A stretch of DNA of 64,000 nucleotides, from assembly GCA_029240075.1 (NCBI GenBank), contig JARBTQ010000006.1, positions 2,544-66,543 on the forward strand, written 5' to 3'. The notes below the pieces were generated by a model. It did no database searches. It saw only the letters and a list, made by a program, of their open reading frames with translations, and was not told where the DNA came from. How positions within the stretch are numbered: the stretch's first letter is position 1; each line of letters starts with the position of its first letter. Below are positions 40,715 through 51,900 of the stretch, piece by piece. The position numbers and the translations under genes are program-made. Source of the stretch: Chlamydiales bacterium (GTDB lineage Bacteria > Chlamydiota > Chlamydiia > Chlamydiales > JARBTQ01).

Positions 40715-41293
40715 TCAAAGGTGAAAAACAAACCAACGGGAATGAGCAGAAAAAACAGTATTTGCCAAACTATGTGTAGGTTGTGGAATGGGATAAACAC
40801 TATATTCATCAGTTTTCTTATAACTGTGTTCGCTAGAGGAATGAGTAGCAGAATCTACGGCAAAGGTCGCTTTTAGGCGATCAGTCTTTAATGCAAAGGA
40901 TAAGCACTTTACACCCATATAACGATCTTCAGAAGTGTTATTCTGTTCAGAAGGGTACTGACCTGGTACTAAAATTAGCAAGCAATCGTAATCAACAGTC
41001 TCACCCTCATACAAGATAACCCGCTTGTTATGATAGTTAATTTCAGCTAAAGGGCCTAATGGAATAAAAAGATGATTATGGTAGGAGGATTGAGCTTGAA
41101 TAGTACGAATGATATCCTCTATATCTTTCAAATGAGTTTGGTTTAAATCAAACTGATATACACAAGGCGGGGTTGTATTATGATCAACAAGCAAAATTTT
41201 AGTTGATGCTGAAGTTCTTCCTCTATGTTCCATTTTATCTATATAGTGAGGTGATACATAGACGGGTCCCGTTCTATCAGAATTTGATACCAT
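40715..41293 (-). CDS. Hypothetical protein with partial flavoprotein-like motif
   Basis: 192-aa ORF with CAGGA RBS; INYHNKRVILYEGETVDYDCLLILVPG. Confidence 0.65.
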   Translation of the reverse strand: MVSNSDRTGPVYVSPHYIDKMEHRGRTSASTKILLVDHNTTPPCVYQFDLNQTHLKDIEDIIRTIQAQSSYHNHLFIPLGPLAEINYHNKRVILYEGETVDYDCLLILVPGQYPSEQNNTSEDRYMGVKCLSFALKTDRLKATFAVDSATHSSSEHSYKKTDEYSVYPIPQPTHSLANTVFSAHSRWFVFHL

Positions 41294-41537
41294 AGTTTTA
41301 TCCTGAGCAAGCTGCTCTTATTCAAAAAAATTAACAAGTTCAGAGGTTCATTCATATCTTGTTTCAATGTTTTGCAATTTTAGCTAAGCCTTGTTTTTCG
41401 AGCAATTTTTTTATATTATCTCATACTCAGATCTAAATTTCGACTCTTGTAGGTGAATAGATTATAGGTGGATTGCTTGACACATAGTCCCTGATAAATC
41501 AGAGTAGAATACTAATTTTAAATCTTTTGCAAGATCT

Positions 41538-42659
41538 CTATTCTATCTCGACGTTTTGCAATCTTATTGTAGGCGTATATTCTTTTTCCCCGGGAAATAC
41601 TCGATAAAGAGGGGGAAGTATGATTGAAGGAACAACTTTTTCGAGGTAGGATTTGTTCTTTTGACTGGAATAAGTCTCTATAATAGTTAATTTGTTGATG
41701 CGACCATTAGGTAAAATAGTTATTTTGATAATTGCCTCTAATTCTTTTTCTGGGAGCTCAAGGAAGTCTTTTAAGATTTGTTGCACTTCCGCATCGTACT
41801 GTTCTTTTGCTGACTGAGCTAAAGAGGCGTCATCTTTACCTTTAACTAACCCACTTGCATAGGGATTGCCATCTAAGATTCCCGGCTTTTCAGAATTTAA
41901 TTTTCCAATAGAGGGCAAATTTAACGATCCTTTTTGAGAAGGTGCTAAATTTTTATTACCACTTTGTACCTGGTTAGACTGTAATTTGTCTTTACTTTGT
42001 TGTAGTAACGCTAAGGCTTCTTTTTTGCGTGCTAAAGCTGCTTCTTGCTCTTTTTGTTTGTCAGATTGCTTTGTTTTAGCCTTTAAATCCTTTTCCTTTG
42101 CCTTTGCCTTTGCCTTTGGAGGTTTTTGTTCTTGGTTTTTAACAGGGCTTTTTTCTTTTTTGATCTCTTTCTTAGGCTCTTTAGATTCTTTCGAGCTCTT
42201 TTTTTGTTCCTTTGCAGCTGTTACTATTTTAACGCTTTTTTCTCCCGATAGATTCGAGCTAAGATCTACTGATTTTATAGGCTTACTAGGAGGGACTAAT
42301 TCTTTAGCTTCTTCTGAGTTTTTGACTAGAGGCTGAGGAATTACTTTATCTTTTCCAGTTTCTGGTTGCAATGCAGTTGCTAGGTTTTTCAAACTACTAT
42401 TTTTAATGGTATTTTCATTATTAGCCACAGATGAATTCTTTTCTTTAGATCCCAAAGGGGAGGCAGGCACAAGTTTGACTGTTCGAACAACTATTTTTTC
42501 GTTAGATTTTTTAGAAAAAAAAGAATTCGAGTTCAGATGTAGTGATAGGATCGCAAGACTGTGTACAACCACCACGAAAAGTAAAATATGGCTAAACCTT
42601 ATTTTTTCTTGAGGGAGTTTAAGGTTGAAGGACGACATTGAGTTCTTTGAATCCTGCAT
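41538..42659 (-). CDS. TolA/TonB-like energy transducer
   Basis: TM with conserved His (VVHSL), K/E/P-rich linker, TonB-C/TolA-C-like C-terminus; follows exbD; start uncertain. Confidence 0.8.
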   Translation of the reverse strand: MQDSKNSMSSFNLKLPQEKIRFSHILLFVVVVHSLAILSLHLNSNSFFSKKSNEKIVVRTVKLVPASPLGSKEKNSSVANNENTIKNSSLKNLATALQPETGKDKVIPQPLVKNSEEAKELVPPSKPIKSVDLSSNLSGEKSVKIVTAAKEQKKSSKESKEPKKEIKKEKSPVKNQEQKPPKAKAKAKEKDLKAKTKQSDKQKEQEAALARKKEALALLQQSKDKLQSNQVQSGNKNLAPSQKGSLNLPSIGKLNSEKPGILDGNPYASGLVKGKDDASLAQSAKEQYDAEVQQILKDFLELPEKELEAIIKITILPNGRINKLTIIETYSSQKNKSYLEKVVPSIILPPLYRVFPGEKEYTPTIRLQNVEIE

Positions 42660-43044
42660 TTTCTACAAGGTCTTTGATGCTTTGATAAGTTCCAAACGTT
42701 GCGTTTTTATCGTGAAAAAGTAAAGGTTTGGCATTAGGGTAAGTGCGTTTTGCTTGGATAAGCCAGGTCTTTAGTTCAGACAAAGTAACAATCTTCTGGT
42801 TAATCCAAATAGTATTATCTTTACGAACATGAATATAAATGGGTTGTGTTTGAGGATTTACTTGAACTCCTTGCAATGAATCCCTATTGCCATTAGCCAA
42901 TTGTACCTCATCCATCTCTAGCATAGGAGCTACGACGATGAACATAATTAATACAACAAAGACCACATCGAGTAATGGAGTTAAATTAATCGTAGCTTCT
43001 TGACCATCTAAATTATTGCAGCGACATCTTTTTCTTCTACTCAT
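42619..43044 (-). CDS. exbD: ExbD/TolR
   Basis: INLTPLLDVVFVVLIMFIV signature. Confidence 0.92.
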   Translation of the reverse strand: MSRRKRCRCNNLDGQEATINLTPLLDVVFVVLIMFIVVAPMLEMDEVQLANGNRDSLQGVQVNPQTQPIYIHVRKDNTIWINQKIVTLSELKTWLIQAKRTYPNAKPLLFHDKNATFGTYQSIKDLVENAGFKELNVVLQP

Positions 43045-43799
43045 TATTTGATTGAATCAACCTTTCTGTATTGCATCTCGATTGCAGAGATCATCTGTGT
43101 GACAAAATTGTCCATCTTAACTTCTAAACTTTGGATGGCTCCTCTAAAATAGCTATACCCTATTAATGCAGGAATAGCAACCACAAGGCCAACAACTGTA
43201 GTTCCTAACGCCATAGAAATACCTGCTAAGACCGCTTCATTGCCTCCTCCGGATTTAGTCTGCAACTCTGAAAAAGTCATTAATATACCCCATACAGTTC
43301 CTAGTAAGCCTAGAAAAGGGGCCAGAGTTATAGTAATGGAAAGTGCAATAAGGTCCTTTTCTAGGTCATGCGTTTGATTTCCTATTTCAGTAGCTAGACA
43401 GGCTTCAATATAATCTATATCAGTAGGGGAAAGATAAACATGTTGAGAAGATTCTTGTAATCCAGTTTCAATCTGTAGGAAATGGTGATTTTTCTTTAAC
43501 CTTTTTAAAGATTGTTCTTTAAAAATCATGTAGAGGTACTTGAAAGGATTATACTCTTTATCCTTTTCCAAAGTTTCTGAAACCTCTAGATTAAGAGGAT
43601 GCTCTTGTAACCCTTCAAATTCTTTCTGTAGTTTATTGGCACTCTTACTGATTGAGCGAATGTAAAGCATTTTATAGATCATTAAGGTCCAGCTGATACT
43701 TGACAACAAACCTAATCCTATAAAAACTAATTTTCCTACAGTATCCGATTGAATATAAGATTCAAGCACAGGGTGTTGACTTAATAGAAGATATGGCAC
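43044..43799 (-). CDS. exbB: ExbB/TolQ
   Basis: APFLGLLGTVWGI, GIS.AL.TT..GL.VAIPA. Confidence 0.92.
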   Translation of the reverse strand: MPYLLLSQHPVLESYIQSDTVGKLVFIGLGLLSSISWTLMIYKMLYIRSISKSANKLQKEFEGLQEHPLNLEVSETLEKDKEYNPFKYLYMIFKEQSLKRLKKNHHFLQIETGLQESSQHVYLSPTDIDYIEACLATEIGNQTHDLEKDLIALSITITLAPFLGLLGTVWGILMTFSELQTKSGGGNEAVLAGISMALGTTVVGLVVAIPALIGYSYFRGAIQSLEVKMDNFVTQMISAIEMQYRKVDSIK

Positions 43800-43973
43800 A
43801 AATAACTCTCCAGAAGGGATGAGAAAAGATTAAAATTAAAGTTAGAATCAATGAATCTTATTTTATGAAATATACTTGCTACAAGCAATCTTTAAATTTA
43901 AATCTTTAAGATTGGAGGTATAGGGTAAGAAAATCAGATTTGTTTCTAGTAAATTTTGATTTAGAAATACTTT

Positions 43974-44993
43974 ATGGGGGTAATGATGGGATTAAACGAA
44001 GAAAGTAAGCATGGGTTAACATGGGAAGATTTAAATCCGATACTCTCCCCAGAGGACATTCAAAAAAAGATAGCTAATTTCTCATTAGACTTTGGATATG
44101 GCCAAAAACAATTTCTTGTAAAGCACCAATACTATAACGGCAGAAGTAGTTTTGGAATAGGCTATGTAGGGCAAATTCCCAAAGCTTTATTAAATCCAGT
44201 CAATATGACTATTCATAGAGAAACCTTAACGATGGGTTCATTCCCCATATCAGGATATTATTACTGTTCTGAGGCCTATAAGGGTAATATTCTATCCCAA
44301 ATCGTAAAAAGGCTATACGCAAGTGATAAGAGAGGCCCCGAGATTTTATTAAATTCAGCACATTCTTATAAAGAAATGTCGGTAGAGATGTGCGCTTCCT
44401 TTATCAAATGCTTTCGGGAGCAAATTGTATTTTTTACAGGAGCTGGGATCTCTGCTGCAGTAGTTCCTGACTGGCAATCGTTACAAGATATATTAGGTTA
44501 TAGCAATGATAGAGATGAGATCACTAATTTTATAGAGATAGTTAAAAAAGTAGATAGAGATCCACAAACATATCTTGAAAATGTTGATAAAGTTCATCAA
44601 GCATTTATCTTAGGCCAACCTACTGCAGCTCATTGGGCCCTCAAACAACTCACACAATTTACAAGGACTGTTTTAGTTTCTGACAATATTGATCTGTTGC
44701 AACAACATACAGGCTTAGATGTCTTAAGAGTTCATAATCTAGAGCCATTCTACGATGATTCAGACGAAAAGAAAATTACTGTTCAACCCCAGAGCATTAA
44801 AGCTGTAGTCTGTATTGGTATGGGTGGAGATCGTCGTGGATTTTTACATTGGTACAAGCAGCAGACGCAAGGTTTTGGTACTATTATTGCGATCAATCTA
44901 GAGCCTCCCTCTTTTCTAAGTGCGGAAGACTATTTTGTCCAAGGAGATGCTCAAACAAACTTGCCGGAATTAGCTAAATTAATTTATTCCTAA
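43974..44993 (+). CDS. Divergent SIR2/sirtuin-fold protein with N-terminal extension
   Basis: FFTGAGIS..VPDW, PTAAHWAL, SDNIDLL, INLEPP, VQGDA..LP.L. Confidence 0.75.
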   Translation: MGVMMGLNEESKHGLTWEDLNPILSPEDIQKKIANFSLDFGYGQKQFLVKHQYYNGRSSFGIGYVGQIPKALLNPVNMTIHRETLTMGSFPISGYYYCSEAYKGNILSQIVKRLYASDKRGPEILLNSAHSYKEMSVEMCASFIKCFREQIVFFTGAGISAAVVPDWQSLQDILGYSNDRDEITNFIEIVKKVDRDPQTYLENVDKVHQAFILGQPTAAHWALKQLTQFTRTVLVSDNIDLLQQHTGLDVLRVHNLEPFYDDSDEKKITVQPQSIKAVVCIGMGGDRRGFLHWYKQQTQGFGTIIAINLEPPSFLSAEDYFVQGDAQTNLPELAKLIYS

Positions 44994-45073
44994 AAAACTT
45001 ATAAAAATTCCTTATTTTGAAATAGATGACTTGAGCTAGAATATAATTTATTTTAATAAGAGATTTATATTCC

Positions 45074-45874
45074 ATGGAATCTTGTAAACAATCACACTTT
45101 ATTGACTCACACGCTCATTTAACCGGAGAAGATGTATTCCCTTTTGCAGAACAAATGATTGAGAGGGCCTTATTATCTGGAATATCTAAAGTTTTAAATA
45201 TCTGTACAGATTTAGCGGCTTTAGAACGGGGCGTTGTCTTAAAAGAGAAATTTCCCGATACACTATATAATGTAGCAGCGATTACTCCACATAATGTGGA
45301 TGAAAAAGGGGAGCTGGAATTTGATAAGATTGCAACCTATGCAAGGAAAGGGCAATTGGTCGCATTAGGGGAAACAGGGCTTGACTATTATAATTCAACG
45401 AGTGATTGGAATAATCAAGCTAATTATTTTAGAAAGTATTTGCAGCTGGCTTTAGAATGCAGATTACCTATAGTTATCCATTGTCGAAACGCATTTGAAG
45501 ATTTTTTCAAAATTATCGATGAAGGTTATTTAGTAGATGGAAAGCATGGACCAGGAGTCGTGCACTGTTTTACAGGAACTCTAGATGAAGCTAAAGCTGT
45601 GATAGAAAGGGGGTGGTACATATCTTTAAGCGGAATTGTCACCTTTAAAAAGAGTGAGAAGTTGCGTGAGATCGCAAAATGGCTTCCTTTAGAGCGTTTG
45701 TTGATAGAAACAGATACCCCTTATCTCGCTCCTTTATCAAAGAGAGGAAAGGTGAATGAACCAGCGTTTGTCATTGAAACGGCGCAAATTATCGCTGATG
45801 TCAAGGGGATTGCTCTCGAGGAATTAGCAGTTACTACAGCTGATAACACCTTAAAACTTTTTTCTAAAATATAG
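45074..45874 (+). CDS. tatD: TatD family DNase
   Basis: IDSHAHL, GETGLDY, IHCR, HCFTG, ETDTPYLAP. Confidence 0.95.
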   Translation: MESCKQSHFIDSHAHLTGEDVFPFAEQMIERALLSGISKVLNICTDLAALERGVVLKEKFPDTLYNVAAITPHNVDEKGELEFDKIATYARKGQLVALGETGLDYYNSTSDWNNQANYFRKYLQLALECRLPIVIHCRNAFEDFFKIIDEGYLVDGKHGPGVVHCFTGTLDEAKAVIERGWYISLSGIVTFKKSEKLREIAKWLPLERLLIETDTPYLAPLSKRGKVNEPAFVIETAQIIADVKGIALEELAVTTADNTLKLFSKI

Positions 45875-45918
45875 TTACTCATATTAGTTATTACTCCCCC
45901 TTTTTCAGATAATTAAAG

Positions 45919-45944
45919 CCCTTGCAAAGTTTGCTTGGCAAGGG
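45919..45944. terminator. Hairpin between convergent tatD and giant adhesin gene
   Basis: CCCTTGC-loop-GCAAGGG. Confidence 0.4.
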
Positions 45945-45962
45945 TAGAAACTCACTCAAAAA

Positions 45963-48900
45963 TCAACGCTTATAAAATAGACTCTGTAAGTGATCGGGAA
46001 AACGGTTTGGTTCAGCAGGTTTTTGTAACGCTAAATTGTTAGGTAAGCTAGTAGAATCAGGATTTAATGTTGCAGGCTGATTTACCGTTAAAGTGATATT
46101 CTGAATTGTTGTCATGTTGTAGCCGTTATCATACATGACCTTTAATAATCGATTCGCATTAACTGGTTTAGGTTGAGTACTGTAGTAAATAATGTTTTGA
46201 GCAATGGCTGTAACAATAGCGTCTGTGGCTTGATTGTTAAATACTATAACCAAAGCTTTTGATATTGCTGTTGATTTCGCGTAATTTCCTACTAAAGTAC
46301 TACCATAATAAACCAGGTTATTCTGAATATTAATTTCGGTAGGATCTGTGCCTTGATAGCGAATGTCTAGGCAATCACCAATTTGATACCCATTTGCAAA
46401 TTGAAAAACTAATTTAGAGCTAGCTGCAGGGATATTGCCGCTTGATATGGTCATAGTTGGGCTCACCGCAATTAAGCCAGAGCTCAAAGCATAGTTTGTT
46501 ATTGGATTAGGAATGTTTACGCTAGGTGGAGCGGGCACAGCAGTCGAGATTACAGTTGTTGTGTTTTCGGTGCTTCCATCATCACATGCAACCGTAAAAG
46601 TGGTCATTTCTGCATTTCCAATGGAAACTCGCTGAGGAGCTGGTTTGAAAACAAGCTTTCGTATTGCTGTTTGTGCATTTGCAGCTGTGCCTGTATATGT
46701 ATAAAAACCGCTACCTATATCTGAAAATCCAGAACTTATGAGTGAAGTCCCAGTGAAATTTCCTTTAGCTGCAGTATCTATAGTTACAGTGTAAGTATGT
46801 ATTTGGACTATATTAGGGTCTGTGATTGTAAATGAGGTAAAAGGGGAGCATGTAGCGTTATCATTGACGGACTGATTGGCTAGGCCTCCTCCGAATAATG
46901 TGGGTTGGTCTAGGGGGCTAGAAATTACCGTCGTTGTTGAGTCTGGTGTAGCTCCATCATCAGCACTAACAGTAAATATAGTTGTTTCTGTTGTTCCGAG
47001 AACTACTCTATTGGGAGTAGGTTGAAATATTAGCTGTCTGATTGCTGTTTCTGCATCGGAAGGCGATCCTGTAAATTCGTATATCCCTCCACCAATACTA
47101 GTAAATCCAGAAGAGTTCAGAGAAGGTGTAGTGAAAGATCCTTTACCAACAAGGTCTAGACTAACAGTATAGGTACTTATTTGCCCCAAAGCGCTTGCTG
47201 TGATTGAAACTGTACTGAACGGTGAGCAGGTAGTATTATCATTTATAGTTATTCCAGTAGATGTGTTTGTAAAAGTGCTAGGGGCTCGGGCTGCTGTGGA
47301 GGTAACACTGGTTGTGGCATCGAGAGTAGCTCCATCATCTGAAGAGATAGTAAAGGTTGTAATTTCAGTCATTCCAACTGGAACACGATATTGTGTTGGT
47401 TGGAAAACAAGTTGCTGGATAGCACTCTGCGCTTGAGATGCTGTCCCAAGATAAGTATAAGTTCCAGAGCTTGGATTCATGAATCCTGACGTACTCAAAG
47501 AGGTTGAGGTGAAAGAGCCTTTAGCTGAATCATCAAGAGTGATGGTGTAAGTATTTGTCTGTGTTGAATCAGGATCTATAATTATAAATGAAGAAAAGGG
47601 GATACATGTTTCATTATCATTTATAGGATTACTTATCCCCCCACTAAAAGTCGATGGATCATTTACTGAAGTTGAGATGACAGTCGTGGTCGCCTCACTA
47701 AGAGCCCCATCATCACTTGAAACTGTGAACTGGGTTGTTTCTGTGGATCCAACAGCAACTCTATTGGGAGTAGGGTTAAAAACTAATTGCCTAATTGCTG
47801 CCTGAGCAGCAGAGGCTGATCCTGTATAACCATAAGATCCGCCACCCATATCAACAAATCCAGACGTTGTTAAGGAAGCAGCAGTAAATGATCCTTTAGC
47901 AGCATCATCTAGAGTAATTGTATAAGTGCTGTTTTGTCCTAAACCAGTTGTAGTTATTGTAAATGAGCTAAATGGGGAGCAAGAACTTGTATCTGTTGTT
48001 GTCTGTCCTGCTTGAGCGTTATTAAACAAGCTGGGAGACGGCATTGCTGTTGTGTTAATAGTAGTTGTAGAGTTCGCAGTTGATCCATCATCACATGCTA
48101 CTGTAATTACAGTTGACTCTGTTGTTCCAACGTTTACCCGATGAGGTGTTGGTTGGAACACTAGCTGTCTAATTGCTAATTCTGCATTAGCTGCCGATCC
48201 AGTATAAGTATATATTCCAGACCCGGCATCTGTAAATCCGGAGGCAGTTAGAGAAGCTGCAGTAAACCCACCCTTTAAGGGGGAGTCTAAGGAAACTGTA
48301 TAAAGGTGAGATTGCCCTATATCAGGATCTGTTATACTAAAGGATGAAAAAGGGCTACAAGTTGCATTATCATCAATATTTGAAGTAATCCCATTTGCAA
48401 ATACATTTAAATCTTCAATCGATGTTGCTACAATAGTAGTATTGCTATCAGAAATAGAACCATCATTACAACTTAGTTTTAAGGTGGTTGTTACTGTTGA
48501 CCCTACAGCAACTTGATTTGCGGTAGGTTTGAATTCTAGAGCTCTAATAGCAGCTTGAGCTTCGGAACTAGTTCCTGTAAATGAGTAAGAGCCTCCTCCA
48601 TTATTAACAAAACCTGTGGCTGTTATAGAGGATGCTGTAAATATGCCTTTTGTACTATCGTCTAAGTTGACTGTGTAGGTATAACTTTGACTTAAGTCTG
48701 TATTAGATATAGTGACAGTGCTGAAAGGGTAACAAGTGGTATTATCATTGATAGATTGAGCATTAAGTGTATAGTTAAATCTTGTATATGGTTGTAGGTT
48801 AACCCAAACTTTGGAGGTTTTACTGCTGCTAAATGAGTCATTGAAGCTATAACTAAAAGAGGTAGACGAGTAGTCAGATCTTCCATCCATATTCGGATAA

Positions 48901-51900
48901 TAAACAACACGACCGAACTCATCAGTTACAGCCGTATTTATGGAATTAATTGCTGCCCCACAAAAATTAGTCGCAAGACTATTGTATTGGTAGAGAATTC
49001 CTTGTGTTGGCAAATCTTTAATCATGGCATAAGTAGAAGTGCTAGCAAGACTGTAACCTTGAAGAGAGATAATGACGTATTGGTTAGAAGTTAGGTAGTA
49101 TCCATCGTTTAGTTTTGCTCCTGATAAAGTAATAATAGGATCCTCTATACTAGTAGAATTACTATTACCTAAGATCCCATGTAAAGAATTTCCCGAATAG
49201 TCATACACATACTGGCTCAAATCATTATTCATTCGGTAAGAAGCGACTAAGTTAGAGCTTCTATCTATAGAACTACTGTTCATCATAGACTGAATCTGCG
49301 ATACAGTTTTAGCCTCATTCCAAACATTTAATTCATCGATGGCTCCATTAAAATAACCTATTCCTGCTTCATAAACCCCTATCAAAAGGTTTGCTGTTGA
49401 AGTTGTTGCCGCTGCAGTTCCTGTCCAACTGCAATTAGACTTCTGTTGTCCATCGACATAAATAGTCCCTCCCGAGCTGTCTACTACAAAAACAACATGA
49501 TGCCAGTAGCCATCTTTAATCGATCCGCCATTGACTCCTTCTCCAGAAATATCACGGATGTAGTTGCTGCTGTCTTTAAAATAACGGGCGTAGATATTTC
49601 CATTTTTAAGATAGATCTGGTAACCATTATTACTACCTGTTGTATATTTACTTAGGATTCCCCGGCTAATCCCGTCATTAGTGGAGGTCTTTACCCATAC
49701 GGCTATACTTAGGGGATAACTGTCTAGTACAGAATTATGACTTATAGTTACAACATCATCTATACCGTCAAAATAAAGGGTATGATTGGGAACATAGGTT
49801 AACAATGGGGCTAATTTCCAAGTAGGATCGCTAGATTCTGGGATCGCATTGCCTCCCAAGACACCAATATTGCCGACTAAAGAGGAGTCATAGACATAAT
49901 CGCCAATTCCAGTACTTAAAGGGTAATAAGCTATCAAATTTGTTTCAGAACCACTTAAGGGTTGTAACATATTAGATAAAATCTGACCTTGACTCCTTGC
50001 TGTCGACCATAGTCTTAAATCGGCAACATGTCCTTTAAAGTAGTTCGCCCTGGAAATTGTGCCTAGATACTTTTGGGGGATGGCATAGGGAGTAAGCGAT
50101 CCTACAGTGTTGCTTGCTGCTAATTGTCCGTTTACATATAATTTATAAACGCTATTGTTATAGGTAGCTGCGATGTGATTCCACTTGCCAAAATTTAAGA
50201 TATCAGGTGTAACAATACTAACTGCTGTTGAGCCCGTGCCAAAGGAGGCTTTAACCTTAAGGCCTTGGACCCATAAGCTAGGAGCTAATTGATTAGGGGT
50301 CCCAGAGTTCATATTCCCTATCAACTCATAAAAGGTATTGTCATTTGATGTATACTCTGCTGTAATCCACATCTCCTGTGTAAACTGGTTTCCTAAAGTT
50401 GGGGCTAAACTTCCAACATTAAAGTCTAAGTAGTCGTCCGAGCCATCAAAATACAAGCAGTAATTCTTAGAAAATCCATCTGCTACAATTCTTTTTGGAT
50501 CATCACTAGATGATGTTAAAGAAGAGCCTAAATAACCGTTATTTTTATTTTGTGAGATATCATAAACTCTTTGTCCAATTCTCTCGTCAAAACGGTAGTA
50601 ACCTGTAACAAAAGATCCATTAAAAATAGTGAGTTGAGTAACAAGACCTTGGAAGTAGCCTGACCCGTATCTTCCAATATACAACGGTTGTACAGTTGTA
50701 CAAGTTCCACTTGCACCTGTCCAACTTTCCATGGCTAATAAATTACCATCCACAAATAGCATTCCTCCCGAAGGATCCACGCTAAGGGCTATTTGGTGCC
50801 ATTTTCCGTCATTAATCACCCCTCCATCCATTCCGAATGCCCCAGTGCTAATATAGCTTGTGCCGTTGACATGGTAGCTTGCATAGACATGGCCATTCTT
50901 TAAATATACAAGATAGCCATTTAAGGAGCTTGAATCGTACTTAGTGACTATTCCTCTTGCAGTACTGTCGTTTGTAGTCGTTTTTACCCATACGACTAAA
51001 GTTAAAGGATAACCATTGAGATTATTATTATGAGGAATAGTTACATGGTCATTAATTCCATCAAATTGGAGGCTATATGATGTTGCACTAGGTAGATCTG
51101 GCATGTAAAGTTTAATCAAATGAAGTGACTTACCGTTATGATCGGCCACATAAAGGACATTATTACTGATTTCGACTCCATAGGGATCACTAAATGTAAT
51201 ATTTTCTAATCCATTTTTAAGTTCTTTGACAATATACGCTTCGGCAGGAGATTGGATATTTATTATCGAAACAGCGCTCTCAGTACTGCTACTGACATAC
51301 GCGTAGAAACCTTGAATTGTTATGGATGTTAGGCCTGATAGGTAGTTGCCGTTAGAAGAGTCACTCAAAGTTTTGACTAAAATAGGATTGCTGGGATTAG
51401 AAACATCGTAGATCTGTAATGAATTTCCTGAGTAACCAGCTACATATAGGTAATTATTTTTCACTGTTAAAGCACTGGGGCTAGCAGTAACACTTGTAAT
51501 TTCGGTTACGTAGCTTAAAGCTGCGGGATTAGAGATATTGATTATAGAAACTTTACTACCAGTATTAATAGTATAAAGATAGTTTCCTTCAATACTTAAG
51601 CTATTAGGACCTTGTATTGTAGTAGGAGTCCCTAAATGTGTATTATCTGTAAATTCACATCTTAAAATAGGCGATGTAGGATTTGTAATATCTATGACTG
51701 TAATTGTGTGATCAGCCCCAGCATGTGCGTATAGATAATTTTCTACAATCTTAAGGGCGTTAATTCCTCCTAATTTAGTGTAAGAGTAGGTATTAACTGT
51801 AGATCCTCCATCCGTGATGGTTGCTATAACTGTAGGCGATGTAGGCGTAGATGCATTAATGATTTTAATCCAATTTCCTGTGCTACTTGCAATATAGATA

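Noticed and set aside
42619-43799. ExbB/ExbD pair as MotA/MotB stator
   Set aside because: INLTPLLDV motif, no OmpA-like domain and a downstream TolA-like gene indicate a Tol/Ton system
46530-48765. Regularly spaced repeats as a CRISPR array
   Set aside because: They are ~376-bp in-frame protein repeats; no short repeat-spacer array or cas genes seen in the window
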